A stretch of 64,000 nucleotides of DNA from Alphaproteobacteria bacterium (GTDB lineage: Bacteria > Pseudomonadota > Alphaproteobacteria > UBA828). Location of the stretch: assembly GCA_965220745.1 (NCBI GenBank), contig CBDCQT010000013.1, positions 224,001 to 288,000 on the forward strand, in the 5' to 3' direction. Each line of letters opens with the position of its first letter. Position 1 is the stretch's first letter. A program made the position numbers and the translations under genes. The notes beneath the pieces were generated by a model that was not told the DNA's origin, ran no database searches, and saw nothing but the letters and a program-made list of their open reading frames with translations. This document shows positions 57,199 to 64,000 of this stretch, in pieces.

Positions 57199-59124
57199 AT
57201 GCCAGTCACCATCGTCCAGACCAACGACGCGCCGTTCGAGCCGGTCGACATGGATCCGATCACTCTCGACATCATCGAGAGCGCGCTGCGCAGCGCCCGC
57301 TACGAGATGGACGCGGTGCTCTACCGCACCGCCATGTCTCCCGGAATCCGCGAGCAGCACGACGAGTTCCCGATGATCGCCAACCCCGACGGCAAGATGG
57401 TCGTCGGCCAGTTCGGCTCCTTCATCCACGGCTTCAAGCGCGAGTACGACGGCACCATCGAAGAAGGCGACATCTTCCTCACCTCCGATCCCTACAGCTG
57501 TGCCGGCGCGATCAGCCATGCGCCGGACTGGCTCATCCTGCGCCCGGTCTATCGCGACGGCCGGCTGATTGCCTACGCCTCGATGTTCGGCCACATGACC
57601 GATGTCGGCGGCAAGGTGCCCGGCAGCCTGCCCACCGACGCCAACCAGATCTACGAGGAAGGCGTCGTCATCCCCATCGTCAAGATATACAAGAACGATG
57701 AGCTGCAGGAAGACGTGCTGAAGGTGATCCTGCACCAGTGCAGGATGCCGCAGTGGAACCGGAGCGACTTCAACGCGCTGATCGCCGCCGTGCGCCTCGC
57801 CGAGAAGCGCATTCACGAGCTCTGCGATCGCTTCGGCGTCGATACCGTGATCGCTGCGATGGACGAGCTGCTGGAGCGCAACCGCCGCGCGATGCTGCAC
57901 CTGATCCGCAACACCGTGGGCGAGGACGAGACGCTCTACTTCGAGGACTACATCTGCGACGACGGCCTCGGCATGGGCCCCTACAAGATGGCCTGCAAGA
58001 TGTGGCGCGACGGCGACATCCTGGTGTTCGACTTCGACGGCACCGATCCGCAGTCGGAAAGCTCGATCAACTTCTTCCTCAACGAAGAAATGTTCAAGAT
58101 GTTCGTCGGCGTTTACATGATTAACGTCTTCGATCCGCAGATCATGTTCAACGACGGCTTCTACGACCATGTCGATGTGAAGATCCCGCCGGGCACGCTG
58201 CTGAAGCCGCTGAAGCCGGCGGCGCTCTCCTCGCGCACCCACGCCTTGGGCCGCATCTTCGACGTGCTGGGCGGCCTGCTCGGCCAGCGCGCGCCCAACC
58301 TCATGGTGGCGGCCGGCTTCTCCGACAGCCCGCACTTCATGTATTCGGGCTATTCGAGCGAAGGCGAGTGGTACCAGCTCTACCAGATCGGCTTCGGCGG
58401 CATCCCCGGCCGCCCGGCCGGCGACGGCCCCGACGGGCACTCGCTCTGGCCCTCGTTCACCAACGTTCCCAACGAGTTCCTGGAGGCGTACTTCCCGCTC
58501 CGCATCGAGGTCTACGAGACCATCGCCGATTCCGGCGGGCCCGGCCTCCATCGCGGCGGCAACGGCGTCACCATCGGCTACCGCGCGCTCGAGCCCGGCG
58601 AGATGTCGCTGCACGACGACCGCTGGCTCACCTATCCGTGGGGCGTCAACGGCGGCCTGCCGGGCGGGCGCAGCCGGAAGGAAATCCACCGCGCGGACGG
58701 CTCCTTCGAGGTGCTGCCGTCCAAGTGCGACCACGTGAAGGTCGAGGCCGGCGACCTGCTGCTCTTCAAGACCTGGGGCGGCGGCGGCTGGGGCGATCCG
58801 CTGGAGCGCGATCCCGCCCTGGTGGCGCTGGAGGTCGAGCGCGGTCTGGTCACGCGCGCGGGCGCCGAGCGCTACGGCGTGTTGCTGCGCGACGACCTGA
58901 TGGTGGACGAGGAGGCGACGACTGCGCTCCGCGACAAGCTCCGCGCCGCTCGCGGCGAGGTGCAGCTTTTCGATCGCGGCGGCACCGTCGAGGAGCTGCG
59001 CGCGCGCTGCCTGGCGGAGACCGAGCTGGCGCCGCCCAAGCCGCCGGAGTTCAACCGGCGTGTCCTGCGCTTCCTGCAGGAGCGGGAGGCCAAGGCCGCC
59101 GAAGCCGGCGCCGCGGCGGAGTAG
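57199..59124 (+). CDS. Hydantoinase B/oxoprolinase subunit (N-methylhydantoinase B-like)
   Basis: DPITLDIIE.AL, RTAMSPGIRE, SDPY..SH.PD, GHMTDVGG, DSGG.G.HRGG, GGGGWGDP. Confidence 0.93.
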   Translation: MPVTIVQTNDAPFEPVDMDPITLDIIESALRSARYEMDAVLYRTAMSPGIREQHDEFPMIANPDGKMVVGQFGSFIHGFKREYDGTIEEGDIFLTSDPYSCAGAISHAPDWLILRPVYRDGRLIAYASMFGHMTDVGGKVPGSLPTDANQIYEEGVVIPIVKIYKNDELQEDVLKVILHQCRMPQWNRSDFNALIAAVRLAEKRIHELCDRFGVDTVIAAMDELLERNRRAMLHLIRNTVGEDETLYFEDYICDDGLGMGPYKMACKMWRDGDILVFDFDGTDPQSESSINFFLNEEMFKMFVGVYMINVFDPQIMFNDGFYDHVDVKIPPGTLLKPLKPAALSSRTHALGRIFDVLGGLLGQRAPNLMVAAGFSDSPHFMYSGYSSEGEWYQLYQIGFGGIPGRPAGDGPDGHSLWPSFTNVPNEFLEAYFPLRIEVYETIADSGGPGLHRGGNGVTIGYRALEPGEMSLHDDRWLTYPWGVNGGLPGGRSRKEIHRADGSFEVLPSKCDHVKVEAGDLLLFKTWGGGGWGDPLERDPALVALEVERGLVTRAGAERYGVLLRDDLMVDEEATTALRDKLRAARGEVQLFDRGGTVEELRARCLAETELAPPKPPEFNRRVLRFLQEREAKAAEAGAAAE

Positions 59125-59152
59125 GGCGCCCGCGCCACTCCGATTTCAAACG

Positions 59153-59182
59153 GAGAGAGGGGGCCGCACGGCCCCCTCTTTC
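59153..59182. terminator. Hairpin between convergent genes
   Basis: GAGAGAGGGGGCC-GCAC-GGCCCCCTCTTTC. Confidence 0.7.
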
Positions 59183-59270
59183 TATAGGAATCAGATAGTT
59201 AGACTAACGACAAAAGGAGTGTATCCGGTCGGGCTTCGCCATACAGATAGTCGGCGATGCCGGTGGATTT

Positions 59271-60101
59271 CTAGCCGGTCGGCAGATCGCCCTTGAGAAG
59301 GTCTGTCCACAACTCGCCCGTGCAGCGATCGCCAGACCAGCCGCAGCCATCCGGTGCATAGACAACTCTGTTCTGGGCGTTGGAATCGTCCTCATAGGAA
59401 CGCCACAGTCGTACGGACACGGCGTCGGGCCGGTCGACTTGAAGCCGATCGTAAGCTGCCCGCATCATGGTTTTGACTGCGGTCCTAGACGTCGGATCGG
59501 CGCCGGGTATTTCTATCTCCAGCGTGACGCGCCGGCGGACCTGGCCGAAGGAGTTGTCGTTCTCCTTCACGAGGACATAGACCATAGGTGACCCATCACC
59601 GTTGTCGGAGAGTAACTCTGAGGGCGCTTCCGCCACTACATCTGCGAAATCCACTGCGGCGACGGTCGAGACATCTTCGGGCTGCGAGTCTGGTACGACA
59701 GCCATCGCGTCGAGACCGGGCTGTTCATCTGTCGGGAGACCCTGAAACACGTAGCTGGATGGCTCAACTCCTCCACTGAGCGCGAGAACGGTATCGAGGT
59801 TGGTCTCCACACGGGTGAGGCGTTGTTTGATGCCACCGAGCCGCTGGTCCACCGCAGAGATGCGCTGGTCAAACCCGTCAACGCGCTCTTCCAGGCGCGC
59901 GAGGGTCTGGTCGATACTGCCAAGCTTCGGCTCAAGCACAGCTACACGCTGACCAACGTCGGCAACGTCGCCGCGCAAACTGTCGACGCTTGTGCCCAAA
60001 GCGCGAATGTCAGCCTGAGTGATGGAGTGCAAGCCGACGGTGACGCCGATGATCACCACGCCGACGCCGATCAATGCTATCGTCTGCTGCTCAAGTGCCA
60101 T
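59271..60101 (-). CDS. Hypothetical membrane-anchored coiled-coil protein with a C-terminal globular domain (possibly DUF4875-like)
   Basis: N-terminal hydrophobic helix, heptad region, acidic linker, C-terminal YAPDGCGWSG. More A/T-ending codons than its neighbours. Confidence 0.6.
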   Translation of the reverse strand: MALEQQTIALIGVGVVIIGVTVGLHSITQADIRALGTSVDSLRGDVADVGQRVAVLEPKLGSIDQTLARLEERVDGFDQRISAVDQRLGGIKQRLTRVETNLDTVLALSGGVEPSSYVFQGLPTDEQPGLDAMAVVPDSQPEDVSTVAAVDFADVVAEAPSELLSDNGDGSPMVYVLVKENDNSFGQVRRRVTLEIEIPGADPTSRTAVKTMMRAAYDRLQVDRPDAVSVRLWRSYEDDSNAQNRVVYAPDGCGWSGDRCTGELWTDLLKGDLPTG

Positions 60102-60189
60102 AAGAGTTCACGCCGAACTGGGAATGGCGCGCTGCTCTGATGACATTATGTCCAATATTTCACCATTTTCAATGGGCGCACCCAGCTTG

Positions 60190-60230
60190 CGCGACAAGAT
60201 GCGCGCGGCGCGAGGCGAGGTGCAGCTCTT
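60190..60230 (+). repeat. Diverged duplicate of a hydantoinase B 3' fragment (58930-58970)
   Basis: 35/41 nt identical. Reads RDKMRAARGEVQL versus RDKLRAARGEVQL. Confidence 0.75.
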
Positions 60231-60411
60231 GGCGGTCTCGCGGGAATTGCCCGGGATTTAGGGGCTACGCGAGACGGGGAAGCGGGGGCTAAGGCCCTGC
60301 GCTGCCGCCAACCCTATACTGGTCTCGTGCCGACGGCGGGCCCGGCCCGTATTCCTCGCTACGATTGCGGCCTGTGTCGCTTCAGGTGAAGCGGAGAAGG
60401 GGAGAGGTGAC

Positions 60412-61713
60412 ATGGCGATGGACTTGATCGTGCGCGGCGCCAATCTGCCCGATGGGCGGGTCGGCGTGGACATCGGCGTGCAGGACGGGCGCATCGTCGC
60501 CGTGGAGCCGGCGCTCAAGGCCGAGGCCGGGCAGGAGATCGACGCCGCGGACCGGCTGGTCTCGCCGCCCTTCATCGACGCTCACTTCCACATGGATGCG
60601 ACGCTGGCGCGTGCGCTCACCGACGCTCTGCCGCGCCCCGACCAGGCCGGACTCCTCTTCGAGGGCATATACCTGTGGGATGAGCTGAAGAAGCAGTTGA
60701 CCCCGGAGGCGGTTGCCGAGCGGGCGATGACCTATTGCGACATGGCGATCGCCCAGGGAATCCAGGCGATTCGCAGCCATGTAGACGTTTGCGACGCGAG
60801 GCTGACGGGGGTCGAGGCGCTGCTGGAGGTCAAGCGCCGGGTCGCGCCGTACATCGACCTGCAGCTCATCGCCTTCCCGCAGATGGGCTACTACCGCTAC
60901 GCAGGCGCGCAGGAGCTCCTGCGACGCGCGCTCGACATGGGCGTCGAGGTGGTCGGCGGCATCCCGCATTTCGAGCGCTCGATGGCCGAGGGCACCGAGT
61001 CGGTGACCGAGCTCATGGAGATTGCGGCAGAGCGCGGGCTGCTGGTCGACATGCACTGCGACGAGACCGACGACCCCATGTCGCGCCACATCGAGACGCT
61101 GGCCAGGGAGACCCACCGCCTCGGCCTGCAGGGGCGGGTGACGGCCTCGCACCTGGCCTCCATGCACGTCATGGACAACTACTACGTCAGCAAGCTGATT
61201 CCGCTGATCGCGGAATCGGAGATCGGCGTGACCCCCAATCCCCTCACCAACATCGCGGCCTGGGGGCACAACAATGGCAGCTATCCGAAATGGCGCGGCA
61301 TGACACGCGTGCCGGAGCTGAGAGAGGCCGGCATCACGTTGGCCTTCGGTCAGGATTGCGTGATGGACCCGTGGTACGTCTACGGCTGCGCCGACATGCT
61401 GGAGGTCGCGCACATGGGCTCGCACGTGGCAGCCATGTTCGGGGCCGAAGAGGTGCGGGCCTGCTTCGACGCGATCACCGTGAACCCCGCCAGGATGATG
61501 CAGCTTGAGGGTTACGGGCTGGAGCCCGGCTGCCATGCCGACATGGTCGTGCTCCAGGCCGCGGACCCGCTTGAGGCGATCCGGCTCAGGGCAACACGGC
61601 TCGCGGTGATCCGGCGCGGCGAGGTGGTGGCGCGCACGCCTGCGGCCGTGACGGAGCTTGCCCTGCCGGGGCGGCCGAACACCGTGGCGCTGACCTACAA
61701 CCCGACCGACTAG
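60412..61713 (+). CDS. codA: Cytosine/creatinine deaminase-like amidohydrolase (CodA family)
   Basis: DAHFHMD, IRSHVD, AFPQ, GGIPHFE, DMHCDETDDP, ASH, GQDCVMDPWY. Confidence 0.85.
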   Translation: MAMDLIVRGANLPDGRVGVDIGVQDGRIVAVEPALKAEAGQEIDAADRLVSPPFIDAHFHMDATLARALTDALPRPDQAGLLFEGIYLWDELKKQLTPEAVAERAMTYCDMAIAQGIQAIRSHVDVCDARLTGVEALLEVKRRVAPYIDLQLIAFPQMGYYRYAGAQELLRRALDMGVEVVGGIPHFERSMAEGTESVTELMEIAAERGLLVDMHCDETDDPMSRHIETLARETHRLGLQGRVTASHLASMHVMDNYYVSKLIPLIAESEIGVTPNPLTNIAAWGHNNGSYPKWRGMTRVPELREAGITLAFGQDCVMDPWYVYGCADMLEVAHMGSHVAAMFGAEEVRACFDAITVNPARMMQLEGYGLEPGCHADMVVLQAADPLEAIRLRATRLAVIRRGEVVARTPAAVTELALPGRPNTVALTYNPTD

Positions 61714-61750
61714 CGCGGGGACCGCGCGCGGCCGCGAAGGGTTGCGCGGT

Positions 61751-61790
61751 ATCCCGGCATGTCCCGCATTGTCCCGGCGTGTCTCGCTTC
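61751..61790. repeat. Four 10-bp-period (A/G)TC(C/T)CG units (array 3)
   Basis: ATCCCGGCAT GTCCCGCATT GTCCCGGCGT GTCTCGCTTC. Confidence 0.7.
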
Positions 61791-61875
61791 GCCCCGGTGC
61801 GGCGCCCGATAATGGTGTACACAAGGGGGCGACGGGCGGCCGGCAGCGGCCACGAGAACGGGAAAGGACGGAGCG

Positions 61876-62655
61876 ATGTTGGGCAGGGTGGAGAGCGTCT
61901 GGCGCTATCCCGTGAAGAGCATGCGGGGCGAGGAGGTCGACGAGATCTTCGTGGCCTTCACCGGGCTGATGGGCGACCGGGTCTATGCGATCGCGTCCGA
62001 CGCCGCCGATCCTGCGTTCCCCTGGCACACCGCGCGGGAGCAGGAGGACCTGGTGCTCTACCAGGCGCGCTTCAAGCAGCGCGACGGCACGCTCAAGCCC
62101 GACAACATGGAGCAGGCGATGAGCCACCCCGCCAATATCCACGCGCCGTTCCCCGAGGCGGACGCCTTCGCCGTCGAGGTCGAGCGGCCCGACGGCTCGG
62201 TGGTGGACATCGAGGACCCGGCCTTCCTGGACGGGATCAAGGACAGGTCGAAGGGCGCGCTCTCGCTGCGCTTCACTCAGCGGAGCCTGGTGGATTGCCG
62301 GCCGGTCACGCTGTTCTCGCTCCAGACCGTGGGCCAGCTTGCGGACGAGACCGGCATCGACGTCCACAAGCTGCAGTTCCGCTCCAACCTCTACGTCGAC
62401 TGGGCGGAGCAGGGGGGGTTTTACGAAGACGAGCTAGTCGGCAAGCGGATCGCGGTGGGCGACAAGGTGGAGCTGATGGTCGTGGAGCGCGACCCCCGCT
62501 GCAAGTTCATCACCATCCACCCGGAGACCGCCGAGACCACGCCCGCGCTGCTCAAGCACGTCAACCGGACGCGCGACGGCTTCGCCGGGGTCTACGCGGC
62601 GGTCATCAAGGAAGGGCCGGTCAGGGCCGGCGACGAGATCGCGCTGGTGGACTGA
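61876..62655 (+). CDS. MOSC domain protein
   Basis: RYPVKSMRGE, GDR, FRSNL, conserved Cys in PRCKFIT, GVYA.V..EG.V..GD. Confidence 0.88.
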   Translation: MLGRVESVWRYPVKSMRGEEVDEIFVAFTGLMGDRVYAIASDAADPAFPWHTAREQEDLVLYQARFKQRDGTLKPDNMEQAMSHPANIHAPFPEADAFAVEVERPDGSVVDIEDPAFLDGIKDRSKGALSLRFTQRSLVDCRPVTLFSLQTVGQLADETGIDVHKLQFRSNLYVDWAEQGGFYEDELVGKRIAVGDKVELMVVERDPRCKFITIHPETAETTPALLKHVNRTRDGFAGVYAAVIKEGPVRAGDEIALVD

Positions 62656-62702
62656 GGGCGGAGGCCCGGCCGCCGTTATTTCTGTAGCGGGAGCATCGCG
62701 AC

Positions 62703-64000
62703 ATGGCTGATTCCCAACCGCGCTGGCAATTCTGGATCGACCGAGGCGGGACCTTCACCGACATCGTGGGGCGCGGGCCCGACGGCGCCTTGGTGACGCG
62801 CAAGCTGCTCTCGGAGAACCCGGAGCACTACCGCGACGCCGCGATCCAGGGCATTCGCGAGCTGATGGGCGTCACCGCCGGCGCGCCGATCCCCGGTGGC
62901 GAGATCGACGTGGTCAAGATGGGCACGACGGTGGCCACTAACGCCCTTCTGGAGCGCGAGGGCGACCGCACGCTGCTGGTCACGACCAGGGGCTTCGCGG
63001 ACGCGCTCCGCATCGGCTACCAGACGCGGCCCAACCTCTTCGACCGCCAGATCGTGCTGCCCTCGATGCTGTACGAGCGTGTCGTCGAGGTGGACGAGCG
63101 GGTGATGGCGGACGGCACCGTGCTGCGTGCCCTGGATGCGGCGGCGGCGCGGCCCCTGCTTCAGGCGGCTCACGACGACGGCATCCGCTCCGTCGCGATC
63201 GTCTTCATGCACGGCTACCGCTTCCCCGCGCACGAGCAGGCGGCGGCGGAGCTCGCGCGGGAGATCGGCTTCACCCAGATTTCGACCAGCTACGAGACCA
63301 GTCCGCTGATGAAGCTGGTGAGCCGGGGCGACACCACCGTGGTCGATGCCTACCTCTCGCCGCTGCTGCGCCGCTATGTCGATCAGGTGGCGGCGGAGCT
63401 GGGCGGCACGCGGCTCATGTTCATGCAATCGAGCGGGGGGCTCACCGACGCCACGCTCTTCCAGGGCAAGGACGCCATCCTGAGCGGCCCGGCCGGCGGC
63501 ATCGTCGGCGCGGTGGAGACGGCGGGCCAGGCCGGCTTCGACAAGATCATCTCCTTCGACATGGGCGGCACGTCGACCGACGTGGCGCACTACGACGGCG
63601 AATACGAGCGCGCCTTCGAGACCCTGGTCGCGGGCGTGCGCATGCGCGCCCCGATGATGCTGATCCACACGGTGGCGGCGGGCGGCGGCTCGATCTGCTT
63701 CTTCGATGGCGCGCGCTATCGCGTCGGCCCTGAGTCGGCGGGCGCCGATCCCGGCCCCGCGAGCTACCGGCGGGGCGGGCCGCTCTGCGTCACCGACTGC
63801 AACGTCATGCTGGGCACGCTGCAGCCCGAATTCTTCCCCCACGTCTTCGGCCCTGGCCAGGACGAGCCGCTGGATGCTGACGCGGTGCGCGCCAAATTTG
63901 CGGCGCTTGCGGGGGAGATACGCGAGGCCACGGGCGACGAGCGGACGCCCACCGAGGTCGCCGCCGGCTTCCTCAAGATCGCGGTCGAGAACATGGCCAA
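62703..64000 (+). CDS. ATP-dependent 5-oxoprolinase (fused OplA/OPLAH-type), runs off the window end
   Basis: Absent from the ORF track because there is no stop. Reads [70 protein letters not shown]. Confidence 0.92.
   Translation, partial: MADSQPRWQFWIDRGGTFTDIVGRGPDGALVTRKLLSENPEHYRDAAIQGIRELMGVTAGAPIPGGEIDVVKMGTTVATNALLEREGDRTLLVTTRGFADALRIGYQTRPNLFDRQIVLPSMLYERVVEVDERVMADGTVLRALDAAAARPLLQAAHDDGIRSVAIVFMHGYRFPAHEQAAAELAREIGFTQISTSYETSPLMKLVSRGDTTVVDAYLSPLLRRYVDQVAAELGGTRLMFMQSSGGLTDATLFQGKDAILSGPAGGIVGAVETAGQAGFDKIISFDMGGTSTDVAHYDGEYERAFETLVAGVRMRAPMMLIHTVAAGGGSICFFDGARYRVGPESAGADPGPASYRRGGPLCVTDCNVMLGTLQPEFFPHVFGPGQDEPLDADAVRAKFAALAGEIREATGDERTPTEVAAGFLKIAVENMA

Noticed and set aside
60235-60275. 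GTCTCGCG...CGCGAGAC inverted repeat with two CGGGA units as a fourth phased array
   Set aside because: There are only two units, spaced 11 bp apart, which is too weak to include.
7058-61790. CRISPR array or iterons from the short repeats
   Set aside because: The units are 10 bp with no unique 25-45 bp spacers, and there are no cas or rep genes.

Overview
High-GC bacterial chromosomal segment, most consistent with an alphaproteobacterium (lolC/E-lolD, DUF1491, recG, Tat-exported SBP). About 60 genes can be supported. Housekeeping genes (lolC/E, lolD, ubiX, ampG, recG) frame a large accessory catabolic region. That region holds three ABC importers (Liv-, sugar- and Pot-type), three ATP-dependent hydantoinase/5-oxoprolinase systems, three IPNS-like 2OG-Fe(II) oxygenases (two are close paralogues), a proline-4-hydroxylase/EctD-like dioxygenase, two CE4 deacetylase-fold amidohydrolases, two class III aminotransferases, a C45 hydrolase, a CntA-like Rieske oxygenase and a cytosine/creatinine deaminase. 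It has no recognisable dedicated transcription factor. Three stand-alone toxin-antitoxin cassettes are interspersed: FitAB/VapBC, a frameshifted RelE/HigB plus HTH, and MNT-HEPN. The most notable observations are: (i) an alanine-racemase-fold gene apparently lacking the catalytic Tyr and Arg219, translationally coupled to a 2OG hydroxylase; (ii) a dispersed family of 10-bp-period (A/G)TCCCG arrays; (iii) a 39-bp direct repeat bracketing a hydantoinase pair; (iv) an atypical gene flanked by a synonymously diverged duplicate of part of the hydantoinase B 3' region. No rRNA, tRNA, CRISPR array, transposase or integrase was seen. Family assignments come from motif recognition by eye, not from database searches.
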